64,000 nt of DNA, taken from NCBI GenBank assembly GCA_964016885.1, contig OZ024745.1, positions 18,352,001-18,416,000 of the forward strand, written 5' to 3'. The first letter of the stretch is position 1. Each line of letters opens with the position of its first letter. The notes beneath the pieces are model-generated. The model was given only the letters and a program-made list of their open reading frames with translations. It ran no database searches and was not told the DNA's origin. The translations under genes were made by a program, and so were the position numbers. Shown here piece by piece: positions 1 to 12,827 of this stretch. This DNA comes from Eledone cirrhosa. Taxonomy: Eukaryota.

Positions 1-522
1 ATCAAAGTCACGTTGTTTCGCTAAAATATTTTCCTCACAGCAAATTCAAACGAAGTATATTTTACTTTACGCTATCATCCTTAAGCTGAGAGTCTTTCCT
101 ATTATGTTCCGGATCTGCACAATAAATTCAATATAAATAACGTGAAGTGATATTTTCTAGCTTCATAATTTATATAAATTCGGTAGATAATCGTTTATAT
201 CTTCATTCAATAATCTCAACAACGAATTTTGTTTCGACGTCGATCTTACATAATTTATTTCTCTTTAATATACATCACCCTCCATTTCTTATCCATCTCC
301 GCTGCATAGATTACACACTATAGGACAATATCGATCTGAAATTTTTTTCTTAGCACCGACATTAAATCAATTTATTTTATGAAAATCGTTTTCATCTCAA
401 ACTACCTGCATTTTAAACATAGAAAATTGGTGTTTATCTAGTCCAAGCATTTATTTCTCGTGGTTGCAACATCTTCTTGTCACTCTACGTCTTCTCAAAC
501 CTCTTAATTCGATGCATTTATT

Positions 523-720
523 ATATAGGGTGGTGCACGGAAAGGTAGCCAATGTTTTTATAGCATAGAGTAAATACAGAAATAAATTTAAAAGTGCTGG
601 AAATGACTCACCCTCATCGAAGATTTTGAAAATGGGTGCTTTTTCATGTGTCTACATTTATTTCTGTACTTACACTATGCTACAAACCCCGCGCTAACTT
701 TTCCTGCGCCACTCTGTATA
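523..720. mobile_element. Tc1/mariner-type MITE
   Basis: Imperfect terminal inverted repeats TATAGGGTGGTGCACGGAAAGGTAGC / GCTAACTTTTCCTGCGCCACTCTGTATA, an internal IR (TAGCATAG..ATACAGAAATAAAT / ATTTATTTCTGTAC..CTATGCTA) and TA at both ends. Confidence 0.65.
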
Positions 721-1075
721 TGTATAATGTCAATGCCATTCTTGTCTGCCTATTGTATGTAGCAGGACAAGAAATCGTATCTTACAATAGGTAGTACCTC
801 AATAGGTGACAAACCTTATATACCCTCAAGAGAAGATATTTCTAAGCACTATCATGAAAGATGTTACTCTGAACCCCGTTCCCTAAAAGATTGAGTATAT
901 CGACTTCCTTTCTGCGCAACCGTACAATACAGTTTCAACAAAATCACATGACCTTTTGTGACGAACAAGAAATGATTTATGGTCCATCATATGATTTCCG
1001 GTGCATTTGAAGACACCATTTATTACTAGTGTCGCCGGCAGGATTACATTGACTCATAGATAAATCACCAGCTTC

Positions 1076-1076
<1 letters not shown>

Positions 1077-1167
<91 letters not shown>

Positions 1168-1169
1168 CT

Positions 1170-1227
<58 letters not shown>

Positions 1228-1231
1228 GCGT

Positions 1232-1262
<31 letters not shown>
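1077..1262. repeat. Compound (TA)n(TG)n microsatellite, representative of dozens of (TA)n, (GA)n and (GT)n tracts in the window
   Basis: Read directly. Similar tracts at e.g. 2390-2495, 2538-2605, 11310-11400, 25095-25172, 27125-27202, 38920-39012, 44230-44440, 46945-47130, 49140-49290. Confidence 0.98.
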
Positions 1263-1987
1263 AATGTACTCACTCTCCTCCAACTCGTGAATGTTCATCT
1301 CGTTTATGTTTCATTGACTATCTTCAATGCACGATAATTTTATATGGATATGGTTCGGTGCAAGTGAACGAGGGAATGTGTGTAAAGTTATAGTTTCCGT
1401 TTAGAAACGACAGTGTCATTTGTATTAATTACGGACATTCTAAAATCTAAGATTGTGGTGAATATTGTATATACCAACGATGAATATGAATTTAATAATA
1501 CGGATGATGGCAGGTAGATCTGGAAGCGGATCTATTCTTTATTTTTATCTGTGTAACATGAAAGCGAGGAAGCTGTTGTAGCTTGAAGTAGAAATAGAGA
1601 TTTATAATACAATTCAATATGAAGCCTAATGATGCTTTGTGTCCAATGATTGCAACCATATTTGATTATAACATTTAACTAAACATGCGCTATAAAATAC
1701 GGTTAGAATGCATATTAGGATATTGGAATATTAAACTAACGATTAATCTGGTAGTTTTATGGCCAGGTTGCACATTAACAAATATTTAGGTGCTCATTTC
1801 GACAGAGAAATGCTTCAATTAAGAACAATGGTATTTCCAGTAGCAGAATTGTTATGCAAAACATTTATAGACAATTCTGCAAAGAATTGTCAATGATCTG
1901 CGAGATTTGGAACGATTTAAATAGACACAAAGAATATGGCGGGAATTGAAAATGAAGGTTGTAGAGAAACTAAAGTAATGAAGCGCC

Positions 1988-2035
<48 letters not shown>

Positions 2036-2390
2036 GTGATAGAGGAACAAATGGGGAGATATAGAAGAAATGTAAAAGAGGTAATTTACTGTTTAAATAT
2101 GTAGGTGAAAATGGCTGGACATTTTGCGATCAAGAAACAAGGGAACTCCATATCTCTCTGTCTGTTCTGTCTATCCTCATATTAAAGGATGAAGCATTGA
2201 ACAGGAGTGAGACGGGGTTAGGGTGGTAAATAAGGGTGAGATATATTTATAAGAGGAAATGGAATGGTAGAAAATTAGGGATTGGTATAGAATGCTAGTC
2301 AGATTCTAGACAGAACAAAAGAGATAATGAGATTACAGAGGGATGATAGGTAGCTCTATGATTATACATTTAAAAAGGTATGCATTACAA

Positions 2391-2498
<108 letters not shown>

Positions 2499-2534
2499 GG
2501 GTACGAGGTACATGTATCTTAATGTTTGTGTACG

Positions 2535-2606
<72 letters not shown>

Positions 2607-5479
2607 AATAGATCATCAGACAAACATATCAACAGATCAATGAAGAGGGATTGGGGGGTATCATTAGAGAAGCGATAAAGGGAGAGGTGTATTCATTATT
2701 GAAAAGAATACTAAAGCAGATAATAGTATTAGTATGTAACGTGTAATTAATTAAACAATTATGTAAATCAGTGGATGATATATACAGGATAAAGACAGTG
2801 GTCTTAGTAGTGAGGAAAAAAATGAAGATACAGAAACTATGATGTTTACAAGATAAATGGAGCTCTAGTTCGGCTGTCAGAAAAAGATATTTATAAGCTA
2901 AATTGGAAAGATAATTATTTGAAATTCATAATTGAACAGTGAATATGAGATATAAAATAAAAGAAGGAGATATAGAAAGTTGAGGAGAGATATGGAGGGC
3001 GGGAAACATACAGTAAAACAAGGATAGGCTGAAAAGGATATAGGTAAATACACATATTGATTGAGAGAATTCAAACAAAAGCAGAGATGAATTATTAATT
3101 AAAATCTTTTAAATCTTTACTTTAAATACATTAGCGCCTGATTTACAAATTGTTTCCCTGAAGCAGGCGTCCAAGGGTATCCTTCCGCTCCATCATACAT
3201 TAATATAGACTGACATATAACAAAAAAACAAAGTAAAGACAGATTGGGGAAGTGTGTGTTCTTTGTTAGAACTGAACGGTTTTAGTTTCGTTTCTCTTTA
3301 TATTTAATTCAGTACCATAGCATGATCGAGCATTGATCAATGGTCAATAGTGAAACTGATTTGGAATTATAATTTGGCAATTGTAGTCTTCTTTGGTCGA
3401 TTGAAAGTTGCAACATCAATATACGAAGTGTGCTGACGTGTAAAGTCACTAGAGAGAATACATTTGCAACATAACATTTGTATAATTTAATGCGGTTGCA
3501 TGCATGCACATGCTTATTCAAGACAGTTATCAGATGCAAATTCTCAAAATTCCAGGTCTTTCGAGCAGAAGTGGATAAAAATAATCATGAACAAAACATA
3601 CAAGTAAAAAATAAAAGAATATTAGAAAATTGTCTATGAATAAATATGAATATATTAAGATGTATTGTGTACGATGTGAGAACATTTTATCAGAAGAAGA
3701 AAATATTTAAAAAATGACATAAAGCTAAGCAGGTGTGTGCTTTGAGTAATAATTTTATTTGAAATTCCAACTACAATTGCTGAAATATAATCTGTCTGTT
3801 TAATCTTACCTGTATGCAGAATATCTTTAAAGCAGATGACAATATACAGATGTGTATCACCTTACACTATATGTGCAGCAGTGTGACTGTCTCTTGGCAG
3901 TCTGTTATCTGATATCATTGAAGCTGCTACTGCTGTGGTATATTTCGATATCGACGATTATAATGCACACTTCATTATCAAGGCCCTTGACGTCATAACT
4001 TCCCACCTTTTATTTTTTCTTCTTTTAGATATAACATGCTTAGACTATGTTATTATATATAAATTGACGTTTTATAAAACAAAACGTAGTACGGGTGAGA
4101 TTTGGCTGCTATTTCTAACGTAGCAATTGATCGCATAGGCATTCTGTCATTGTTTATGTGTATCTATAAGACGTTGTATATGCGTACCTGCGTATGTGTG
4201 TTTGTATTTGTGTGTTTCAATGCAAATTGGAATGACTTGATAACAAGACGTATCAGAGAATAACACTAAATAGATCGTTATCCAGGAAAAAGACACTTGC
4301 CGTCTCTGACCATTTCTTTGCTAAACCCATAAGGGCTTGCCTGTTAAAAATAGCAGTCAAATCTCCTTCAAATCAGAACAATAAAAAGACAAAAAGAAAT
4401 ACATATCAATAGAACAAATGATCTTCAACATAATCAACTGAACAGTTAGAATTAACTGCTAATTTTTCAATATCGACAGCTTGCAATCTTTAAAAATCAC
4501 ATTTTAGATAACGGAGTCATAGATAGATATACGAGGGTCGACTGAAAGATTTCTAGGCTAATTATGAAATCGAAGAAATACGAAACGGGAGTACATAAGC
4601 GGAGAGTTTGGACGTATAATTCACCTGCTAGATATTGTCAAAAAATTTGGTGATGTCGAGGATAGGCGTGTAGCTTTCACCAAAGCAGCTGTGGTGAGTG
4701 ATATAGGAGAGTAATAATCCAATAAATTACGAGTGCCCTACTAGTGGTCACGAAAAAGTTAGAGATTCTCTATGTTCATTTAGGTTGTTTTTAAGACATT
4801 AGTTGGTAATGAGACACTATATAGTGTTACTAGAGAAGTAGAGAAAGGAAGAGTTTTGTTGCAATAGTTGTCAGCTAAGTATGGATATAATTGTTTGGAG
4901 GTATGAGAAGGAAAATGATTACTGTTACTGACTTATTGGTTTGAAGAAAGCTATATGTTCAGTTGCAATTGGCGTGTTTGTGTAGTGTGCTCCTATTGAA
5001 GTGAAAAGGGAATGTTATCCATGAAATATACCTCGTGAGTTTTCTAGAGTTACATAATTAATGTAGAGGGTTTTTTTATCTGCGGTAGTAGTATCAGAGC
5101 TATCACGGCTGAGCACCAGACGAAGAGTTTTTTCTAGAAACTTTCTGCATCTCTTTATGGTTATACATTTAGATTAATATTTACAAAACATATGATTCAG
5201 TAAATAAATAAGTGACATCACCCATATCTGTGTTTCTTCTACATATATTCAGCGAATTTGAATAATAGAAATAGACAGGAATAGAATGAGAATATTAAAT
5301 GTAATATTCCTAGAGTAAACACCTATTACGATAACCCATCAAATCTATCACTATAAATCGACCAACAATGTCCCAGGCCTCACTCGCTTCTCAAGAGGGG
5401 TGGAAATCATCAAATTTTACAAAGGAAAGAATATTTAAATTGGTCTTTCCATTGCTGATATTATCTACCGGTCGCAATT

Positions 5480-5610
5480 CCTGGCAGAAAGAGAAACATT
5501 ATATAAATGTCTTGCTCGGGGGACATAACGCATCACACGGTCCAAGAATCGAATTCGCAACTTCACCATTGCGAATAGAATTCTCTAATCACTAAGCCAC
5601 ACGCCTTCAC
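5480..5610 (-). mobile_element. Degenerate tRNA-derived SINE
   Basis: Minus strand begins GTGAAGGCGTGTGGCTTAGTGATTAGAG (A-box-like), then a B-box-like GAATTCGATTC. Homologous to 47880-48020 and 51300-51425. Confidence 0.65.
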
Positions 5611-7289
5611 TTAATATGAATAATGATTGAAAAAAATCTGAATATTCACATTTTTCCTATCTCCAGTGTACACTACCAAATTGTCTTATTAACTATTATT
5701 TATAGTGGTTGACTATTATTATAGTTATTTACATTGATAACGACTTCATTTCAATTTGTTCTTATGTTTCGTAAGTAAAACAGGTGTTTACATTCCATAT
5801 TTACTTAAGCACACAGTACATATACACAGAAACCTGCACACAAAGAAAACATAAATATATGTATGTAGGTATGTATGCATTCAATGATGTAGACCAGTTC
5901 TTTTGGGGCAAATGTTGTGTTCAGAGATTGGAATTGGCCCCATACAAATCCTTTCGTCACTCAAAAATGTTTCAAGCACAGACATCGCTTTATATGTGAC
6001 ATTTTCTACGATGCATGGTATTTCTCGCCATAAGCAAGTCCCTAGCATGTCTGAAAAGCCATGTCCGTGATCGTCATCGTTAAGTATCAAACGATGGCAT
6101 TACTCGAAATCGAATTGCAGTCATCGTCTATGTATGTATATATAGTTGTATGGTTGTATTTACTTTTGTATGTATGTATCTATGTATGTATGGCTATGTG
6201 TATGTATGTATATGTGTATGTATGTGTGTGAGCCTGTGTGGATGAGAACAATGACGCTACAATTAAAGCAAGATTTCATCTAGCTACCTCCATAACAATT
6301 CTATTTAATTGCGTTCCCAATTAGTAGCAATAAAACTTTCTACCAAGTGGAAAACAAAATTGATTCCCAGCTTTAGTTATTGTTTAAAACGTATACATTC
6401 AATATATATTGTTGAGATTTTGGATAAATACATCGCATCATATTGCTATATTTGTAAAGGAAAGAATATTTTGTGGAATTTGATTGACGATGACACCGGA
6501 GTTAAATAAATATGGCAGCTTACTTATTCATATTGTTTGGTTTGTCAAAATACATCTTGGTAATCTGTTGTAAGTCATACTGTTGACTGCTGATGCAACT
6601 GCTGATATATTATAAAAAAAGAAGGGAAATATGATTTACAACGAGGTAAAGAAATTTCTTCTAAATATTGATTTTTAGTTTCGTCCTATACAATAGTGCT
6701 AAGCAAAACCTGCAAGTAATAAATTTTCTCTTTAACCATTTCATTATCTGGTAATCAACCACTGGAAGGATTGATGCATCGTGGCGGTCTCTACTAAGAA
6801 CTGATGGAGGTTATACTGCTGTGGCTGCTGCAAAAATTAGGACACTGATCAAGGATGTGATGAGTGTATCATTGAGCACGACACAAGTGTACGCTGGAGT
6901 TGCAAGGGGATAAAAGTAGGTAAATGGTTTTGAGCTAAACTTGCCATTGACGGTTGAAATATAGAGCGCAATAGTCTGTTGTTCTATTTGTTACGCCTTG
7001 TTTATTCTGTCCGCCAGGACTGTGGGGAGGCCACCAATATGATTGACTAACTTGTAATTTTATAAGTCAACTGTTGCTGTCGTTGACAAGTTGGCTCACC
7101 AGACCAGTTTCACTCAGCAACTTAAACCTTTCAAATTTCATTGGTAGAAATTGCTATAAAAGTTAAGCACTGAATATGTATGTCAAGACTAAGTCAGTAT
7201 GATATTACTTGTTCTATAAATGGTAAAATGTTGTAGGAATAATATAATGCCATCATTGTTTCATCTCTGACAGAAAATTTGATTTTCAC

Positions 7290-7590
7290 GCGTGGATGTG
7301 GGGATCAGTTGAAGACGGTTGTTTCCGACAGTACCCGCTGGAAGGAGTTTTGGGGGACTCTGCCCCTACTACCCTCTCAGGAATAAATGGGGAAAGAAAA
7401 TGTATCTATATATATATATATATGTAAGTATGTATGTATATATGTATGAGTGGGATTGGCTCAGTGCACAGTCTTTCTTCACTTTAAAAGAATCTTCACG
7501 CACGGGCATTTCACGATAGCATTAATTAATAATGTTATATCGTGCAATGGCCATACTCGATAACGAGAGGGCAGCCATCATCATCATGTA
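7290..7590 (+). mobile_element. Degraded RTE-type LINE 3' end
   Basis: DQLKTVVSDSTRWKE-like remnant. The tail TGGCCATACTCGATAACGAGAGGGCAGCCATCATCATC matches the tail of the 16277/20180/51567 family. Confidence 0.5.
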
Positions 7591-7709
7591 TGTATACAAG
7601 TTTAAGAGATATGTAGAGGAAATGTATATATCATTTGAGAAACACATAACATTGTAGATATAGGGCGACCAGTAATTTAATATGTATTGATACATTAATA
7701 TATATATAT

Positions 7710-7851
7710 TGTAACTAGTACAGCTTTCCTTTGTCAGTGTTGAACACATGAGCAACGATAGTTGCTAGACACTGTACGGCTTAATTCGGGATGTTTCTTT
7801 ACAAACACACCCAGCATTATAATAAATGTTCGGTGAATCCATACGTACATA
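7710..7851 (+). mobile_element. Fragment of HHR repeat family A, interrupted by the CRE element and continuing at 11153-11310
   Basis: Reverse-complement match to 57022-57160 (CCTTTGTCAGTGTTGAA..ACACTGTACGGCT..CATTATAATAAATGTT..CCATACGTACAT). Confidence 0.8.
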
Positions 7852-10800
7852 GAATCTTTACTGTGTTGTATCAGATGAAAGAATGGTATTTAACTAATGT
7901 ATTGGTACGCGATGGGCCCACCCACATCTCCGGCGGACAGAATGGAGAAGGCGTTTCCCCGGAGGTGGAAGGGAGACGCGCTGGAAAAACCACTCCAACT
8001 CGCGGGGCTCACACCTACGGCTGGCCAGCTGAGCGCCTATGGTGGTGAGTAAGGAGGTAGCCCTTGGGCCGAGAACACCAGAAGTTTCCACTGCCAGGGG
8101 AACGACCGCAAACATGTCGGAGAGCGACCGGTATTTGAGGAGTTTGGCCCCCTCAGCCCGACGTGCAGCAGAACCTGGGTCAGTCGCAGACTACACCAGG
8201 TTGCAGTTGCAGAAAGTGTCGGTGCAAGTGGCATCCCAGAACGGGAAGATTGTCATGCCATCTGGTCTTTTGCCGTCCCCTCGATCCAGCCCCACCGGCT
8301 CGAGTTGGGAAGGGAAGCCTGGAGCGTCCAAGCCATGCTTAATGACTTCGTTGAGGGCAGTATGGCGTGGAATGCGGCCGGCACTGTGACGACAGGAAAG
8401 CGGTTGGAGGCCGAAAGAGTCCACGGTCGAACCGCAGCGACATTGGTGTGGCTGGCAGATCCGAGGCCGTCCCTCAGGGAAACGCCGATTCGCAGGCTAT
8501 GGTTGTCTAGCTGCGTGCCAGTGGAAAAGGAGGACAGAGCATGGAGCCAGGCACCACTGTGGGGTTTGGACGCCGCACGAAAACAAGCAAAGCGGTGCTG
8601 TTCGAGCTGGCACGTGAGCCTGTCTGAGGCCAGGCGGCACTGGATGGCATCCCAAGTGCGTTGGGGGCACTTAATGTCAACAGGGGGAGAAGGAGGAGGG
8701 ACGTCTCCTGGGCTAAGTCCCAGCCGGTTCCACGTCTCACAGACGGCTTCACGTTCTCTGAACACAGCGGGTTATGTTGTGTTTTGAATAACCCTGCTGA
8801 CGAGGACGCGGCACGAGGTTACCGACGAAAGATACGCCGGTACAGCTAGTGAGATCGGGGACCGGAGGCCTTGGCCGCCATACCTGACCGGTAAAATGGC
8901 CTGTTTCCACCCTATATCGTCAAACTTGACGTTGCATAGCCCCTCGGCTGCTGCTCGGATACAAGTATCGAGGTCAGCGAGGAGAGATTTCTGGGTGTAG
9001 CATGGAGCGCTGCGGAATGTATAGAGGAGTTTCGGCATGGCGAAGCAGTTCTCAAAAGAAAGAGAGTTGGGTGGCCGTCAATCAAGCCCAGTTGGCTCGT
9101 GAGAGTTTGGAGCTGTTGAATCCTGGACCTGATGGTGGAGCTCACCTGAAGCTGGCAGAGAATGGACCGCACGTCCAAGACGGAGGCTGCAAAGCTCGTA
9201 GCATCCAGGCTGACGTTCACCACCTCCGACTTGGCCGAAGCAGGAATCACCGATTGAAGGTCTTGGCAGACCGTCCATACGGGCCCGCCCAACGTAGCAT
9301 CATCCAGATACCAAACGTTGAGACGGGCTGTGATACTCCGGGCGATGTGGTCAATACCAAGGGCAAACAGGAGCGGTCCCAAAGGGTGGCCCTGTTGGAC
9401 CCCAGTAGCCGAGGGTATGACCGTATCAGCAGCTAGGAGCATGCTCGGGGCTCCATGTGACAAGTAGGCCAGCGGGTAGGCAGAGTGGGCTCGGCTGAGG
9501 CAGGCCTCGAGCAGATGATCCCGGCGTAAAGAGTTAAAGGCATTCCTCATGTCAAGCTTGACAATGAGGTGCCTGGAGTCCCTGGATGCCGGTACCAATG
9601 GGCAGCTGCTGAAGAACAGCCTGATTGCATGAGAGGCTACCTCACAGCCACCGGACAGGCCGACACCCAGTTGCACCGGACTAAACTCCTCACCCAGTTC
9701 GTGTGTGACGGACTTGCAGATCACCTTGGCAGCCAGCCTCCGTAAGACATTGCCCACAGCAATGGGGCCTATTCCACCCCCTTTCTTGCCTCGGGCATAA
9801 GGGTCGAGGGCACCATGAATGAGCCTATTGGTGAGCGCCACAATTGCACTCAGAAGGCGGCGCCCGGTCTCAGCGGAGAGGGGGGATGTCACCTCCTTGA
9901 GGTGGCCTGGTCGGAGACCATCAACACCTCCGCAGCTGCTAGCTGGGAAGGACCTGATGGCGGATATGATATCTGCATCAGTAGCCACAAGGAGCAGGTG
10001 GGCGTAGGGTGGGGGTATGGGTCTGAGATCAGTGGGTGGCTCAGGGTGTTTGAGCCGCAGAGCAACCATGATCTCCTCGGTGTGTTGGAGGACAGTGTCC
10101 TCCGAGGCAACAACTCTGACTGCGGCCGAGACATCACCCATGATAGCTTTGCATTTACCTGGTCACGCAAACGCTTGGCGCTGGCCTCGGGGGTGGAGGA
10201 TAGGGTGTCCTTGAGGGTGGGGTGTGTGGCATCCATGGGCACGCTTGGGATGGGCGCTCGCCCAAATGGCGAGACATTGGCCTTGACGAAGGCTGCTGTT
10301 GACCGGGTGCCCAGGTCAGCGCCAGAGCTGGGAAGGCCGAGGCGAGTGGGGCGAAATAGAGTAGCCGCTCCCAGTCACTGGCTCGATTGGAGTCCAGGGC
10401 GCTCTCAATCGAGGAAGCGAGGGCATCGGCTACCGGCACCCGTTGCGCTCTCGGGATCCTGAGTGGGATCTTCCGGAGACGCCTGAGCCGAGCGATGTTG
10501 ACCAGCGAGGCTCGGGCGTCAGGCAAGCTCGCTGTCCCATCTGGTGGAGTGCCAGACGGCCGTGCCTGGGAAGACGTGGGAGAAGAGGCAGCTCATGCAC
10601 CTCCACGCTGCGAGGGCATTATAAGCTCGACGAGTCAAGCCAACGCAGGTGAGGTGGTGGAAGCAGCCGCGCCCCAAAGAGTTCCAGACCCTCTTCCGTT
10701 TGTTAGTGGTGCCACAAGTGCTGCAGGTGTCGATTTGGAGGGGTGGGGGTGCGGCCTGGGGCACCGAGAGGCATCAGGGGTGGGTGGGTGGTGGGTGTGG

Positions 10801-11152
10801 CTGGAAGGGAAAGTGCTGGTAAGAGGGCAGCATAGCTCACCTATATATATGGAGGTGCCAGAAAACGAGAGCGAAAAGGGGCTGCATGGCGGGGAAGACA
10901 CATGAAGGTAGAATGGCAGTAAAGGAATGAGTGAATGGATGGATGTACACAAAAAGGGGGGGGGACAAGGGCTTGTTCCCAGGGGAAAGACCCAGAGGTC
11001 AGCACGCACACATGCGAGCAACTGAGCAGTTTGTCAAAGACGATATTCTCAATGGACGCGCTTACACTATTTGAATATAACTGAACAGTCGTGTCATTTA
11101 ATTTGAAAAGTGGTGCAAAGTAAAAGGAAAATAGTGAATTTTTTTTTTTCTT
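7852..11152 (-). mobile_element. CRE-like non-LTR retrotransposon (PHD finger - RT - CCHC-type finger - restriction-like endonuclease), frameshifted
   Basis: GC-rich island. RT motifs PIAVGNVLRRLAAK, QLGVG..GGCE, KLDMRNAFN, GVQQGHPLGPLLF, WYLDD, LPVRYGGQGLR. SGAWL motif. RLE RHTALNE..KRPDG..WDATC..PLAVETSG..FFQRVSL. N-terminal Cys/His pattern CSTC..FHHLTC..WRCMSC. Coding spread over several frames; 5' boundary approximate. Confidence 0.9.
8912..10141 (-). pseudogene. Reverse transcriptase domain of the CRE-like element (largest surviving ORF segment)
   Basis: 409-aa ORF with RT motifs up to WYLDD. Substitutions in conserved positions (GGIGPIAVG for GGIRPIAVG, QGHPLG for QGDPLG) and flanking frameshifts. 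Confidence 0.88.
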
Positions 11153-11306
11153 TACATATGTGTACATATATATAAGTGTGCATGTATGTATATATATATA
11201 CATACTACTGTACGTCTGTATACATATATGTATATACGTATACATACTTATATTTAAGTAACAGCCGTACTAAGAGTGTGAAATGAAATTTAGTTTCATT
11301 TTTTCC

Positions 11307-11310
<4 letters not shown>
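11153..11310 (+). mobile_element. 3' remainder of the family A HHR repeat split by the CRE insertion
   Basis: Reverse complement of 56880-57020 (CATACTACTGTACGTCTGTATAC..TAAGTAACAGCCGTACTAAGAG..TTTCATTTTTTCC). Confidence 0.8.
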
Positions 11311-11342
<32 letters not shown>

Positions 11343-11344
11343 CG

Positions 11345-11402
<58 letters not shown>

Positions 11403-11621
11403 TATGAATAAAGAGTTCTAAACTCAAACAGTCCTTTACAATGAAATAGCTCAAAGGAAGAAGTATTTCTGAGCCGTGTAATACAAGTTAATATAAATTA
11501 ATATACATGATAAATACAAATACCAACATATAAGTGTTTGTATTGTAAATGACTAAGTTAGCTAGATTGAAAAATACTAGTCTTCTTAAAAATTTTGAAG
11601 TGAAACTTACCAATTTTTCAG

Positions 11622-11752
11622 GGTACTTGCTGATGAGATCTGAATATGGTATTTTTTCACTTTTTCATTTTTCGAAACTTATTTGGATTTTGAAGTTTAA
11701 ACTTATCTACGGAACAGGTTTGGATTTTGATATTTAAATTTATCCAAGTACC
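11622..11752 (+). ncRNA. Type I hammerhead ribozyme, family B copy 1 (AUC triplet mispaired with C15.2)
   Basis: GGTACTTG-CTGATGA-GAT..TTC-GAAAC..ATC-CAAGTACC. Confidence 0.7.
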
Positions 11753-12159
11753 ACGGCCATTTGCCAATATGGTTTGTTTTTATTGATTTATTATTTTAAA
11801 TCGAGACAAGCAAACTGTATTATTATAATTAGTATTTTTCAATTCTAGCTAACTTAGTCATTTACAATACAAACACTTATATGTTGGTATTTGTGTTTAT
11901 CATGTATATTAATTTATATTAACTTGTATTACACGGCTCAGAAATACTTCTTCCTTTGAGCTATTTCATTGTAAAGGACTGTTTGAGTTTAGAACTCTTT
12001 ATTCATAGTATCACGGCTCCTTCTGTTGAGCTAATTTTAGCCCCATAAAAACGGCTGTTATTTCTAGCAGCATGAGTATGAGGTAGCTAGACGCTGAAAA
12101 ACCATGTGCGTTGATCAGTATTCTTAAATATTTTGAAGTGAAACATACCAATTGTTCAG

Positions 12160-12290
12160 GGTACTTGTTGATGAGATCTGAATATGGTATTTTTTCACTT
12201 TTTCATTTATCGAAACCTTTTTGGATTTTGAAGTTTAAACTTATCTACGGAACAGGTTTGGATTTTGAAATTTCAATTTGTCCAAGTACC
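12160..12290 (+). ncRNA. Type I hammerhead ribozyme, family B copy 2 (C3U substitution)
   Basis: GGTACTTG-TTGATGA-GAT..ATC-GAAAC..GTC-CAAGTACC. Confidence 0.7.
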
Positions 12291-12696
12291 AGGGCCATTT
12301 GCCAATATGGTTTGTTTTTATTGATTTATTATTTTAAATCGAGACAGGCAAACTGTATTATTATAATTAGTATTTTTCAATCTAGCTAACTTAGTCATTT
12401 ACAATACAAACACTTATATGTTGGTATTTGTGTTTATCATGTATATTAATTTATATTAACTTGTATTACATGGCTCAGAAATACTTCTTTCTTTGAGCTA
12501 TTTCATTGTAAAGGACTGTTTGAGTTTAGAACTCTTTATTCATAGTATCACGGCTCCTTCTGTCGAGCTAATTTTAGCCCCATAAAAACGGCTGTTATTT
12601 CTAGCAGCACGAGTATGAGGTAGCTAGACACTGAAAAACCATGTGCGTTGATCAGTCTTATTAAATATTTTGAAGTGAAACATACCAATTTTTCAG

Positions 12697-12827
12697 GGTA
12701 CTTGCTGATGAGATCTGAATATGGTATATTTTCACTTTTTAATTTATCGAAACTTATTTGGATTTTGAAGTTTAAACTTATCTACGGAACAGGCTTGGAT
12801 TTTGAAATTTAAATTTGTCCAAGTACC
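12697..12827 (+). ncRNA. Type I hammerhead ribozyme, family B copy 3 (intact core, long stem III)
   Basis: Stem I GGTACTTG/CAAGTACC, core CTGATGA, stem II GAT/ATC, GAAAC, GUC triplet at 12817-12819. Confidence 0.88.

Noticed and set aside
8039-10905. Plus-strand ORFs over the GC-rich island
   Set aside because: Antisense shadows of the minus-strand CRE element
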